Positions 29,132 to 39,334 of a DNA stretch of 64,000 bases are shown one piece after another. The first letter of the stretch is position 1. Each line of letters opens with the position of its first letter. Both the position numbers and the translations under genes were made by a program. The notes under the pieces were generated by a model. It did not search any database. It saw only the letters and a program-made list of their open reading frames with translations, and was not told the origin of the DNA. Origin of the DNA: an uncultured Burkholderiales bacterium (GTDB lineage Bacteria > Bacteroidota > Bacteroidia > UBA8524); NCBI GenBank assembly GCA_964620355.1, contig CAZUIT010000001.1, forward strand, positions 57,563-121,562. Reading direction: 5' to 3'.

Positions 29132-31396
29132 ATGAATTACAATCTCCAAAACTGCAGTGAAAATGACTGGAAACCAGTGTTTATCGACCCTCGGAGCGAG
29201 GATGGAAAAAATACCATAGCGAAAATAAAAAATACGCCCGGAGTACAAATCCACGACCAAATAAAATCTCAGGTGAGTGAAATGCTTCGTGCTCGCTACC
29301 CGAAGAAAAAATTAAAAGGTGCGGCGCTGAGGGAAGCAGTAGATCAATTTTTTATAGAAAATGAAGCCTCAAGCTTTGGAGAATGGGTATTTTACCCTTG
29401 GAGCAAGCGGCTCATCCATATTCTTTCAAAAGAAGATTTTATTTTCACACGCCTTAGTCCAAACAACCCCAAAATCACCCGTGAGGAGCAATCCCGATTG
29501 ATGGATAAAAAAGTGGGTGTGGTAGGGCTTTCTGTGGGCCAATCTATTTCCCTGGTTCTGGCAATGGAAAGAATTTGTGGGGAACTTCGCATTGCCGATT
29601 TTGATATCCTTGAATTGGCTAATTTAAACCGTATTCGTGCTGGCTTGCACAATATGGGGCTTAATAAATCGGTTATGGTAGCGCGTGAGATAATGGAAAT
29701 CGACCCCTATTTTACCATTCGCATTTTCACAGATGGCATGACCCATGAAAATATGGATGCCTTTTTCCACGATGGAGGCGACCTCGATCTGATCGTTGAT
29801 GAATGCGACAGTATCGACATAAAAATTCTTTTGCGTGAAAAAGCAAAGTCAATGAAGATGCCTGTTGTTATGGATATGAGCGACCGAGGCACCATTGATA
29901 TTGAACGCTTTGATTTAGAACCCAACAGACCTTTATTACACGGATGGATTGATCACCTCGACATCAGTAAGCTGGGAGACATGACCAATGAACAAAAAGT
30001 TCCTTATATGCTTCCAATATTTGGTATGGACACCATCAGTAAAAGACTAAAGGCATCGATGGTGGAGATTGGAGAAAGCATCCACACTTGGCCTCAACTT
30101 GCAACATCAGTAGCCATGGGAGGAGCACTTGCGGCCGATACAGTTCGGCGTATTTTCTTGGACCAATTCCATGATTCTGGGAGATATTTTATCGATCTAG
30201 ACGAATTAATTCGCGATAAATCATACACTCCTAAACCCTTCATTCCTCAAGAATATTCATGGCCAATGCTTGAAGAAGATACCATGCGGCAATTGGCCAC
30301 AGACTTTGTTCAAAAAGCGCAATGGGGACTAGGAAACTTAAAGGCCACAGATGTCGATCCATTGATTGGTCTTGCGGCTATGGCGCCATCGGCTGGGAAC
30401 AATCAGCCTTGGAAATGGTTGTATCAAGACGGACACCTCTTTCTATTCCATGAAAAATCAAAGAGTTATTCTTGGACAGATTACGACGATTCACTCGCTC
30501 TTCTTGGATTAGGTGCTGCCGCAGAAAGCCTAAGGTTGGCAGCCTCTCGTTATGGGTATTCTTGTGAAGTAGTGAAAGTTTTAAATGCTCAGTTTATCGC
30601 TGCATTTCGATTTGAACCGAATTCCCTTGAGACGGCGCTTCCATTAGCACAGGGGATAGAAGTGCGTTGTTCGAATCGCAAAAAAGCAGAATTTAAAGAA
30701 ATACCCAGCACCTTGGAATTGGCCTTAAATGCATCATTAGAAGGCTTGACAGGCTTACGAATTGACCTCTTTAAAAAACCTGAAGAACTGGAAGCCTGGT
30801 CAAAAATTGTAGGAAAAGCAGAAAAACTACGCCTTTTAGATCCACAAGGCCACTACGAATTCTTTAAACATGAAATTCGGTGGACCGAGGAAGAAGCACT
30901 CCAAACAAGGAACGGCTTAGATATCGAAACATTAGAGCTAACTCCTTCTCAACTAGCTGGCTTGCAGGTAGGAAGTGATGCAGAGGTGATGCAAATTATC
31001 CGTAGTTGGAATCTCGGTGATGGACTCGAAAAGATGAGCAAGGAAGCGGTTCTTGCGTCATCTGCCATCTGCCTAATCAGCGCAGATGAGAGTCTTCTAA
31101 CAGATTCTTTGGCTCCTGGTGCAGCCCTGGAAAGAACATGGATTGCAGCAAATATGGAAGGCTGGTCGGTTCACCCCGTATCTGCCCCATTATTCTTCAT
31201 CCATCGAAATAAGCAGAAAAACAACCGCTTAGATGCTCAAATAAGCAAAGAAATTGTTCAATTAAGCCATGAAATCAACAAAATTACACCAATTTTGCAA
31301 GCAAGAAGAGGTGTGTTTCTTTTTCGCCTGAGTCATGCAGGATTGCCTAGCAAAAGAGCGATCAGGTTCCAAAACAATGAAATTTTAGTAAAATAA
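29132..31396 (+). CDS. E1-like (ThiF/MoeB) adenylyltransferase domain fused to FMN nitroreductase-like (SagB/ThcOx-type dehydrogenase) domain
   Basis: At residues 125-160 a GxxGxxxG loop is followed by DFDILELANLNR, which matches the ThiF motif. PSAGNNQPWKW around 30385-30417 is the classic nitroreductase FMN motif. The protein is 754 aa with a long linker. Confidence 0.6.
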   Translation: MNYNLQNCSENDWKPVFIDPRSEDGKNTIAKIKNTPGVQIHDQIKSQVSEMLRARYPKKKLKGAALREAVDQFFIENEASSFGEWVFYPWSKRLIHILSKEDFIFTRLSPNNPKITREEQSRLMDKKVGVVGLSVGQSISLVLAMERICGELRIADFDILELANLNRIRAGLHNMGLNKSVMVAREIMEIDPYFTIRIFTDGMTHENMDAFFHDGGDLDLIVDECDSIDIKILLREKAKSMKMPVVMDMSDRGTIDIERFDLEPNRPLLHGWIDHLDISKLGDMTNEQKVPYMLPIFGMDTISKRLKASMVEIGESIHTWPQLATSVAMGGALAADTVRRIFLDQFHDSGRYFIDLDELIRDKSYTPKPFIPQEYSWPMLEEDTMRQLATDFVQKAQWGLGNLKATDVDPLIGLAAMAPSAGNNQPWKWLYQDGHLFLFHEKSKSYSWTDYDDSLALLGLGAAAESLRLAASRYGYSCEVVKVLNAQFIAAFRFEPNSLETALPLAQGIEVRCSNRKKAEFKEIPSTLELALNASLEGLTGLRIDLFKKPEELEAWSKIVGKAEKLRLLDPQGHYEFFKHEIRWTEEEALQTRNGLDIETLELTPSQLAGLQVGSDAEVMQIIRSWNLGDGLEKMSKEAVLASSAICLISADESLLTDSLAPGAALERTWIAANMEGWSVHPVSAPLFFIHRNKQKNNRLDAQISKEIVQLSHEINKITPILQARRGVFLFRLSHAGLPSKRAIRFQNNEILVK

Positions 31397-31397
31397 A

Positions 31398-32084
31398 ATG
31401 TTTACGTTTAAGGCTTTTCGTGCTATTGACGAACCTGAACTTTGCGAACAATACACCGCAGGACATGTAAAGGTGTTAGAGGATTATGGAATTACCAATA
31501 TCACATCTAACAACAATGAATGGTCTAAGGTAGATTGTGTGTACTGTGTCGTCGTTTATGATGATTCCGGTGAAATGGTTGGGGGAATTCGTATGCAAAA
31601 GGCTGACGGCATTCATCAATTGCCTGTGGAAAAAGCCATTGGTTACCGTGATCCCCAGATTCACACCATAGTTAAATCCTATATCCCAGAAGGGGTTGGT
31701 GAATTATGTGCCTTATGGAACGCAAAAAGGGTGGCTGGAATAGGCTTAAGCTTGTTGTTGTCTAGGTCTGGAATTTCCATTTGCTCACAAGTAGGAATCT
31801 CTACGATGGTGGGCATTTGCGCTGATTATACACTCAATATGTTTCGAAGAGTTGGCTTCGTAGTCGACGAAAATTTGGGCAATTCTGGTGAATTTGTCTA
31901 CCCTAACGAAAATTATATAGCTAGAGTCTTAGGTATCTTGAACGCCAGAAATTTGGCCACTGCCGACGACGAAGATAGAATTAGAATGCTCTCATTACGT
32001 GAGAGCCCAGAGCAAGTATTCACAGAAAACTCGTCCAAGACCCCTCTTGAAATTTCGTACCAATTAAAAATGAACATCAAATGA
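31398..32084 (+). CDS. hypothetical protein, GNAT-like fold suspected (acyltransferase / N-acyl amino acid- or autoinducer-synthase-like)
   Basis: The 228-aa product starts 2 nt after the stop of the E1-NTR gene. ELCALWNAKRVAGIGLSLLL resembles the GNAT acyl-CoA binding motif (R/Q-x-x-G-x-G/A). I do not have a secure family assignment. Confidence 0.3.
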   Translation: MFTFKAFRAIDEPELCEQYTAGHVKVLEDYGITNITSNNNEWSKVDCVYCVVVYDDSGEMVGGIRMQKADGIHQLPVEKAIGYRDPQIHTIVKSYIPEGVGELCALWNAKRVAGIGLSLLLSRSGISICSQVGISTMVGICADYTLNMFRRVGFVVDENLGNSGEFVYPNENYIARVLGILNARNLATADDEDRIRMLSLRESPEQVFTENSSKTPLEISYQLKMNIK

Positions 32085-34231
32085 TGCGCAGAGCGATTGC
32101 AATTCTGTCATGGATTCTTCTAAGCACCAACCTACTTTGGGGACAGGAAAACTTTGTTCGCCTGGTGAACGAGAATGAAGTCATTCAGGTTAAAAACCAA
32201 TGTTCCTATTTTGAAACGTCCATCGATACCGCTCAAATTGAAAACATAGTCAATTATGAATTCACCCCGGTAGACCAAGACGTTCCAAATTTTGGGATAA
32301 GCTCCTCCACCTACTGGTTAAAAATTGAAGTTAAGAATGAAACAGATATAGAAGACTATGTGCTTCAAGTAGCTCAGCCCATTCTCGACCTCGTTCAATT
32401 CTTCGACCTGAGCGACTCTGGCTTTAGAACCGTAACCTTAGGTGAGCACCTTAACTTCGAAGAACGTCTCTATTATGACCCGAACTATTTATTCGCATTT
32501 AAAATAAAGCCTGGCGAATCCAAAACCCTGTATGTCAAAGTTCAGGCTAAAGAAAACGTGCAGGTTCCGATGAGTCTTGGTTCTCGGCAAAGTATGTTGG
32601 CCTTGACCAAGAAAAAGGATGTTTTCTCTGGCATATACCTGGGAATCATGCTTGTAATGCTATTGTACAACGCATTCATTTACATCAGCACAAAGGATAA
32701 ATCGTACATGTACTATGTGCTGTATTTGCTCTTTGTTATTTTGACCCAAAGCAGTATTCATGGTTATAGTTTCCAATACCTGTGGCCAAATTTACCTTGG
32801 CTTGCCCGCTTTAATAGCTTCCTTTTCCCTTCTCTCGTAGGAATTACTGGCATGCAATTTATGCGTGTATTCCTTCATACGAGTAGGCATTCCAAAAATT
32901 TCGATCGAATCTTTTATATCGTCGTTGCAGGATATGCCATTGGAACGAGTCTTTCATTTCTTGAATTTTTCAAAAGTAGCTTCTATCTAATTGAAGTGTG
33001 TGCGGTAATCGCTTCCGCTTCTATGATGTATATGGCGGTACGTATCGCCAGAACTGGTGATCGACCAGCATTCTTCTTCTCCATTGCTTGGGCAGTATTC
33101 CTCTTTGGAATAGCCCTATACGTTATGAAGGATTTTGGCATACTTCCATACAATAACTTCACCTATTATATGATGCCTGTTGGCTCTGCAATTGAAGTAA
33201 TGCTGCTCTCCTTTGCCTTGGCCGATCGTATCAATATCTTAAAAAAGGAAAAAGAAGCTTCGCAGGAAGAGGCTTTACGTGTATCGTTAGAGAATGAACG
33301 CATCATACGCGAGCAGAATGCCTACTTGGAACAAAAAGTTCAAGAGCGCACCATTGAATTGCAGGAAACGAATGAAGAGTTAGTGGTTACCCTGAACAAC
33401 TTGAAAGAAACTCAAGCCCAACTTGTGGATGCGGAGAAAATGGCTTCCTTGGGTCAGCTAACTGCCGGAATTGCCCATGAAATCAATAACCCAATCAACT
33501 TCGTAAGCGCTAATGTGCAACCGCTCAGGCTCGATATTCAAGATATCATGTCGATTATCGATCAATACGGTGAAGCATATCAAGCAGAGGATATTGTTGA
33601 AGCAGTGAAAAGTGTAGAAGCCTTTAAAAAGGAAATCGATTTCGACTATATCCGAAATGAAATTGTGGAACTGCTAACGGGAATTGAAGACGGTGCCGTA
33701 CGTACCGCAGAAATTGTAAAAGGACTAAAAACCTTCAGTCGCCTTGATGAGTCTGATTTGAAACCTGCTGACTTGAATGAAGGCCTGCAATCAACCTTAA
33801 TTTTGCTTCGTAACTCAGTTCCTGATAATGTGGAGGTAGAAACCGAGCTTGACGACCTTCCTCCCGTTGAATGTTTCCCAGGAAAAATTAATCAAATCTT
33901 CATGAACATCATCTCAAATGCCCTCCAGGCCATGAAGGTGGTTCAAAAAGATGAGAAACACCATCTGATCATCAAATCCCATTTTGACGAGAAAAACGTT
34001 TACTTTTCCATTAAAGATAGTGGGCCAGGAATGACTGACTCTGTAAAATCAAGAATTTTCGAGCCCTTTTTCACAACAAAAGACGTGGGTGAAGGAACAG
34101 GACTTGGCCTCTCCATCGTTTTTAAAATCATTGAAACACATGGAGGTAATATTGATGTAAATACAGCACCAGGCAGCGGAACTGAATTTTTGATTTCTTT
34201 GCCAATAGTAGCCAATATCCAGACCAACTGA
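32081..34231 (+). CDS. 7TM-DISM-type sensor histidine kinase
   Basis: It has a signal peptide, an extracellular domain of about 160 aa and seven hydrophobic helices (residues 185-380). A coiled coil is followed by the H-box LTAGIAHEINNP and G-boxes. Its ATGA start overlaps the upstream stop. Confidence 0.7.
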   Translation: MMRRAIAILSWILLSTNLLWGQENFVRLVNENEVIQVKNQCSYFETSIDTAQIENIVNYEFTPVDQDVPNFGISSSTYWLKIEVKNETDIEDYVLQVAQPILDLVQFFDLSDSGFRTVTLGEHLNFEERLYYDPNYLFAFKIKPGESKTLYVKVQAKENVQVPMSLGSRQSMLALTKKKDVFSGIYLGIMLVMLLYNAFIYISTKDKSYMYYVLYLLFVILTQSSIHGYSFQYLWPNLPWLARFNSFLFPSLVGITGMQFMRVFLHTSRHSKNFDRIFYIVVAGYAIGTSLSFLEFFKSSFYLIEVCAVIASASMMYMAVRIARTGDRPAFFFSIAWAVFLFGIALYVMKDFGILPYNNFTYYMMPVGSAIEVMLLSFALADRINILKKEKEASQEEALRVSLENERIIREQNAYLEQKVQERTIELQETNEELVVTLNNLKETQAQLVDAEKMASLGQLTAGIAHEINNPINFVSANVQPLRLDIQDIMSIIDQYGEAYQAEDIVEAVKSVEAFKKEIDFDYIRNEIVELLTGIEDGAVRTAEIVKGLKTFSRLDESDLKPADLNEGLQSTLILLRNSVPDNVEVETELDDLPPVECFPGKINQIFMNIISNALQAMKVVQKDEKHHLIIKSHFDEKNVYFSIKDSGPGMTDSVKSRIFEPFFTTKDVGEGTGLGLSIVFKIIETHGGNIDVNTAPGSGTEFLISLPIVANIQTN

Positions 34232-34241
34232 TTCTATAACT

Positions 34242-35333
34242 ATGACGAAAGCCCGGGCACGTATACTTTATATTGATGATGAGGACAATAACCTCAAGGC
34301 ATTTAAGGCAAGCTTTAGAAGGGATTTCGAAATCTATACGGTTTCCGATGCCAATGAAGCGTACCGAATCCTAGATGAAATTGAAATACATGTGGCCTTG
34401 GCGGATCAACGAATGCCCAAGGTTTCTGGAGTGGAATTTTTTGAAAAGATTCAAGAGAAGCATCCTGATATTGTACGTATTTTAATTACTGCTTATACCA
34501 ACTCACAAACCATTATTGATGCAGTAAACAAAGGGAAAATTAATCAGTATGTTGTAAAACCTTGGGACCCACAAAACCTCAAGAATATCATCGATTCTTC
34601 ATTTAATGCACATCAGGTTAAAAAAGAATTGAAGATGAAAAATGCGGAACTGCTCAAAACCAATGATGAGCTCAACCGATTCGTGTACAGCGCTTCACAT
34701 GATCTTCGTGCGCCGCTTATGTCTATTCTTGGCTTGGTAGAGTTATCGCGCCTTGAAAAGGAATCAGGCGACCCATTTATTTACCTCGATATGATTGAAA
34801 AAAGCGTTCAAAAGCTGGATGTCTTTATTCAAAATATCATAGAATATTATCAAAATGCCCGCGCCGAATCAAATTACGAACAAATTGATTTCAAGGTGCT
34901 GGTAAATGATGTAGTTGATACGCTTAAGAATACCGACCCTTCTGTGAAGTTTCTCCTTGACATTGAACAAGATTGCGACTATTTTAACGATGAATTTCGC
35001 GTACATGTTATCATGAATAACCTTGTTTCAAATGCCATCAAATACCAAAAATCAGATGCAGGAAACCCGGAGGTTAGTATTCAGGTTAAAGTAGACCATC
35101 AAAAGGCCATTATACGGATTAAAGATAACGGGGTAGGTATCTTGCAGGAACACCTTGAAAATATTTTCAAAATGTTCTTCCGAACCAAAACCCTAAACCG
35201 TACCCCAGGCACAGGAATAGGATTGTATATTATCAAGGAAGCCTTGTCAAAAATTAATGGCGAAATTCAGGTGAACTCTGTATTTGGAGAAGGAACCACA
35301 TTTGAACTCGTATTGCCTAATCTAGAAGCATAA
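34242..35333 (+). CDS. hybrid response regulator-histidine kinase (REC + HisKA + HATPase)
   Basis: The N-terminal REC (ILYIDDE..ALADQRMP..KPW) is followed by the H-box SASHDLRAPL and then DNGVGI / GTGIGL G-boxes. Confidence 0.8.
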   Translation: MTKARARILYIDDEDNNLKAFKASFRRDFEIYTVSDANEAYRILDEIEIHVALADQRMPKVSGVEFFEKIQEKHPDIVRILITAYTNSQTIIDAVNKGKINQYVVKPWDPQNLKNIIDSSFNAHQVKKELKMKNAELLKTNDELNRFVYSASHDLRAPLMSILGLVELSRLEKESGDPFIYLDMIEKSVQKLDVFIQNIIEYYQNARAESNYEQIDFKVLVNDVVDTLKNTDPSVKFLLDIEQDCDYFNDEFRVHVIMNNLVSNAIKYQKSDAGNPEVSIQVKVDHQKAIIRIKDNGVGILQEHLENIFKMFFRTKTLNRTPGTGIGLYIIKEALSKINGEIQVNSVFGEGTTFELVLPNLEA

Positions 35334-35334
35334 A

Positions 35335-35727
35335 ATGAGCACAAATCCGTACATAATTCTTGTCGATGACAACGAGATTGATCTATTTCTTCACGAAAAG
35401 CTCATTCGCCTAAGTGGTATTAGTGATAATATTGATCGATTCACGACTGCCCGAGAGGCCTTGGACTTCATTCGTAAAAAAGGACCACTTCCTGATATTA
35501 TTCTGCTCGACATTCAAATGCCTGAATTGGATGGATTCGATTTCTTGCGAGAATATGAGCATATTGAGCATATTGATCGCGAAAACACCACCATATTTAT
35601 GGTGTCTTCCTCTTTAGACTTTGGCGATATCTCTAAGGCTAAAGCCAACCCCCTAGTTAAGTCATTCATTAAAAAGCCCCTTAACGTGAAGGAACTGAAA
35701 GACGAAATATCGACTTCGGCGAACTAA
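35335..35727 (+). CDS. stand-alone response regulator receiver protein
   Basis: It is REC only ([24 protein letters not shown]). It starts 1 nt after the previous stop. Confidence 0.8.
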   Translation: MSTNPYIILVDDNEIDLFLHEKLIRLSGISDNIDRFTTAREALDFIRKKGPLPDIILLDIQMPELDGFDFLREYEHIEHIDRENTTIFMVSSSLDFGDISKAKANPLVKSFIKKPLNVKELKDEISTSAN

Positions 35728-36440
35728 CGGAACAAATTATATTTAAGTATGCACCAGATGGCACGAAAGCCATCCTTCCAACCAATTTTCTTTCCTTCCT
35801 CATAGGTTCTGCCATAATACGAGATGCCAACTTCATAAATGCGGATGTTTTCGATACGCGCCAGCTTAGCGGTTACCTCAGGCTCAAACCCAAAACGTTT
35901 CTCATTGAGCTCCAAACCTTGAATTAATTCCCGCTTGAATGCCTTATAACACGTTTCCATGTCGGTGAGGTTCAAGTTGGTAAACATATTTGAGAGTAGT
36001 GTTAAAAACTTGTTTCCTATTGTATGCCAGAAAAAGAGGATTCGATGCGGATTACCACCCATAAACCGAGAACCATAGACCACATCGGCCACCTCTTCAC
36101 GGAAAGGTTTTAACACATCATTGTATTCACGTGGATCATACTCCAAATCAGCATCCTGAATGATAACTACATCGCCAGTTGCTTTCTCAATCCCCGTATG
36201 AAGAGCTGCTCCCTTGCCTTTATTTACCTCATGAGAATAAAAGGTAATGGACAAATCAGGATTGTTCACCATGTAATTTTCTACGGCCTCAACAGTATTG
36301 TCTTTCGAGCAATCATTCACAATGATTACTTCCTTTTCAATATCGCCAATTAAGTCAACTGCCTTCACCTTATCAAGGATAAAATGAATAGTCCTTCCCT
36401 CATTATAGGCCGGAATTACGATGGATAATTTCTTGATCAA
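35724..36440 (-). CDS. family 2 glycosyltransferase, polyprenyl-phosphate mannose/glucose synthase (Dpm1-like)
   Basis: [21 protein letters not shown] and the QDADLEY DxD motif match the Dpm1-like GT2 family. Confidence 0.75.
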   Translation of the reverse strand: MIKKLSIVIPAYNEGRTIHFILDKVKAVDLIGDIEKEVIIVNDCSKDNTVEAVENYMVNNPDLSITFYSHEVNKGKGAALHTGIEKATGDVVIIQDADLEYDPREYNDVLKPFREEVADVVYGSRFMGGNPHRILFFWHTIGNKFLTLLSNMFTNLNLTDMETCYKAFKRELIQGLELNEKRFGFEPEVTAKLARIENIRIYEVGISYYGRTYEEGKKIGWKDGFRAIWCILKYNLFR

Positions 36441-36505
36441 AACGTATTAATTTCTGCAAAGAAAAGGAAACTCCTTCTAACACACACTCCTAAGCATTAA
36501 AATAG

Positions 36506-36513
36506 TAAGTTTG
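36506..36513 (+). promoter_or_regulatory. candidate -7 box (TAAGTTTG) upstream of polA
   Basis: It matches TAnnTTTG 13 nt upstream of ATG 36527. Confidence 0.25.
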
Positions 36514-36526
36514 AGCTTGCAGAATT

Positions 36527-39334
36527 ATGGAGCAGAAACGTCTTTTTTTACTCGATGGCATGGCCCTAATCTATCGGGCTTTTTTCGCTTTTAGTCAGAA
36601 TCCACGCATTAGCAGCACGGGATTGAACACTTCGGCGATGTTCGGATTTGTCAATACTCTATTGGAAGTCATTCAAAAAGAAAAACCCTCACATATAGCA
36701 GTGGTTTTTGATACCTCAGCTCCTACGGAGAGGCATATCGAATATGAAGCCTATAAGGCCAACCGTGAAGCCATGCCCGAGGACTTGGTGAAGTCACTTC
36801 CCTACTTATTTCGTATCGTGGAAGCCTTTAATATTCCGCTTATTACCATGGATGGATATGAGGCGGATGACCTTATTGGCACCCTGGCCAAACAAGCCGA
36901 ACAAAAAGGATTTATGACCTTTATGATGACTCCAGACAAGGATTTCGGTCAACTTGTTTCAGAAAACATCAAAATGTACAAGCCCGCTCGAATGGGCAAT
37001 GGAGCTGAAATACTTGGTGTGGAAGAAATTCTAAATAGGTGGAGTATTAAACGCATCGATCAGGTCATTGATATTCTTGGGTTGATGGGCGATGCCGCCG
37101 ATAATATCCCTGGAATCCCCGGTGTGGGAGAAAAAACAGCCATCAAGCTACTTGCCGAATTCGACACCATAGAAAACCTTCTCGAAAATACGGATAAGCT
37201 CAAGGGCAAGCTCAAAGAAAAGGTAGAAGAGAATAAAGATAAAGCCCTTTTATCCAAACGCTTGGCTACCATAATTCTTGATGCCCCCATAACACTCGAT
37301 GAAAAAGATCTTGAGCTAGAGGAGCCAAATAAAGAAGCCATCAAAGAACTTTTTGCTGAATTGGAATTTCGCACCCTTGCTCGCCGAATTTTTCCTGATG
37401 CACCAGAAGCGCAACGTGCTCCAGCACCAAGTGCCCAAGGAGATTTATTCAGTCAGCCAACAGCGAATGCAATATCCAATTCACCCGCTGAGATGGAAGA
37501 AGAAGAAGAAATAGTTCCAATAAAAACTATCCACGACGTCGAGCATAACTATATACTCGCTGATGATGCGACAAAAATTGGACACCTCATTCTGGCACTC
37601 CAGGAATCTGATCATTTTTGCTTCGACACAGAAACCACATCCCTTGAGGCAATGGATGCCCACCTCGTAGGAATTTCATTTGCCATCAACGCCCATAAAG
37701 CTTGGTACGTTCCTATTTCTGAAAACGAAGAAGAAGCACAAAACCGCGTTGAACAATTTCGTTCAATATTGGAGGATGAAAGTAAAATCATCATCGCCCA
37801 AAATATCAAGTACGACCTCATGGTAATGCAAAACTATGGCATCGACCTAAAAGGCAAACTTTTTGATACCATGCTCGCCCATTATCTTTTAGAAGCTGAT
37901 ATGCGCCATAATATGGATGCCATGGCCGAAACCTACCTCGCCTACCGTCCAGTTTCCATTACTGAATTGATTGGCAAAAAGGGAAGTGGCCAGCTCAATA
38001 TGCGCGACGTTGAGCTTGAAAAAATTAAAGAATATGCAGCGGAAGATTCGGATATTACCCTTCAACTGTATGCTATTTTCCTCCCCAAACTAAAGGATCA
38101 AAATGCCCTTTCTGTCCTGCATGAAATAGAAATGCCGCTTGTGCCAGTTTTGGCAGCCATGGAAAGGGAAGGCGTTCGAATCGACAAAGATTTCCTCAGC
38201 GACTATTCGAAAGAACTACTCGAAGAAGCACAGAAAAGTGAGGAAAAAATTTACGAATTCGCCGGCGTGAAATTTAATATCGCCTCTCCAAAACAAATGG
38301 GTGAAGTTCTTTTCGATGTTTTAAAACTCGACCCGAAGGCAAAAAAGACAAAAACGGGTCAATATCAAACCAATGAAGAAGTATTGAGCAAGCTTGCCTT
38401 TGAACACGACATTGCAAAAGAAATCCTGCGCTACCGTCAAATTGCCAAGTTACGGTCAACTTATGTAGATGCATTACCCACCTTAATTCATCCTATAACT
38501 GGACGAGTACATACTTCTTTTAATCAAGCTGTTGCTGCAACCGGAAGATTAAGTTCTCAGAATCCTAATTTGCAAAACATCCCCATTCGCACCGACATGG
38601 GGCGTGAAGTGAGGAAAGCTTTTGTTCCTCGAAGTGAAGAATTTGAAATCATGGCGGCAGATTATTCTCAGATAGAGTTGCGCATCATCGCTGCCTTATC
38701 AAAAGATGCAGGAATGATCGACGATTTTGTTCAAGGACATGATATTCATGCTGCAACCGCTGCAAAGGTCTTTGATGTTCCATTAGCGGAAGTCGATAAA
38801 GACATGCGACGTAAAGCGAAGATGGTGAACTTCGGGATCATTTACGGGATATCAGCCTTCGGATTGGCTCAGCGTTTAGAAATACCCCGCAAGGAAGCTG
38901 CAGAAATTATTGAAGCCTATTTTGTTCAGTATCCAAACATTAAAAAATACATGAACGATACGGTGGATGGGGCTCGCGAAAAAGGCTATGTTGAAACCGT
39001 AAAAGGACGCCGGCGCTATATACGCGACATCAATTCACGGAATCAAACGGTACGTGGCTTTGCCGAGAGAAATGCCATCAATGCACCTATTCAAGGTTCT
39101 GCAGCCGACATGATTAAAATCGCTATGATTCATGTGCATGCTGCCATGCAGGAAGCTAAACTCAAAAGCAAAATGATTCTACAAGTGCATGACGAATTGC
39201 TCTTCGAGGTGCATCGTGACGAAAAGGAACAGCTGAGGGAATTAGTGATTGAAAACATGAAAAACGCTATCAACCTCGACATCCCGCTTGAAGTTGAGGT
39301 AGGTATTGGCGCGAACTGGCTCGAGGCCCATTAA
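36527..39334 (+). CDS. polA: DNA polymerase I
   Basis: The 935-aa product has a 5'-3' exonuclease N-terminus. The pol A motifs (DYSQIELR, QVHDELLFE) are present. Confidence 0.95.
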   Translation: MEQKRLFLLDGMALIYRAFFAFSQNPRISSTGLNTSAMFGFVNTLLEVIQKEKPSHIAVVFDTSAPTERHIEYEAYKANREAMPEDLVKSLPYLFRIVEAFNIPLITMDGYEADDLIGTLAKQAEQKGFMTFMMTPDKDFGQLVSENIKMYKPARMGNGAEILGVEEILNRWSIKRIDQVIDILGLMGDAADNIPGIPGVGEKTAIKLLAEFDTIENLLENTDKLKGKLKEKVEENKDKALLSKRLATIILDAPITLDEKDLELEEPNKEAIKELFAELEFRTLARRIFPDAPEAQRAPAPSAQGDLFSQPTANAISNSPAEMEEEEEIVPIKTIHDVEHNYILADDATKIGHLILALQESDHFCFDTETTSLEAMDAHLVGISFAINAHKAWYVPISENEEEAQNRVEQFRSILEDESKIIIAQNIKYDLMVMQNYGIDLKGKLFDTMLAHYLLEADMRHNMDAMAETYLAYRPVSITELIGKKGSGQLNMRDVELEKIKEYAAEDSDITLQLYAIFLPKLKDQNALSVLHEIEMPLVPVLAAMEREGVRIDKDFLSDYSKELLEEAQKSEEKIYEFAGVKFNIASPKQMGEVLFDVLKLDPKAKKTKTGQYQTNEEVLSKLAFEHDIAKEILRYRQIAKLRSTYVDALPTLIHPITGRVHTSFNQAVAATGRLSSQNPNLQNIPIRTDMGREVRKAFVPRSEEFEIMAADYSQIELRIIAALSKDAGMIDDFVQGHDIHAATAAKVFDVPLAEVDKDMRRKAKMVNFGIIYGISAFGLAQRLEIPRKEAAEIIEAYFVQYPNIKKYMNDTVDGAREKGYVETVKGRRRYIRDINSRNQTVRGFAERNAINAPIQGSAADMIKIAMIHVHAAMQEAKLKSKMILQVHDELLFEVHRDEKEQLRELVIENMKNAINLDIPLEVEVGIGANWLEAH

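Noticed and set aside
29132-32084. Canonical TOMM/azoline RiPP cluster hypothesis for the E1-like + nitroreductase protein
   Set aside because: No YcaO cyclodehydratase and no short Cys/Ser/Thr-rich precursor ORF are present in or next to the operon. I kept it only as an analogy for the possible chemistry.
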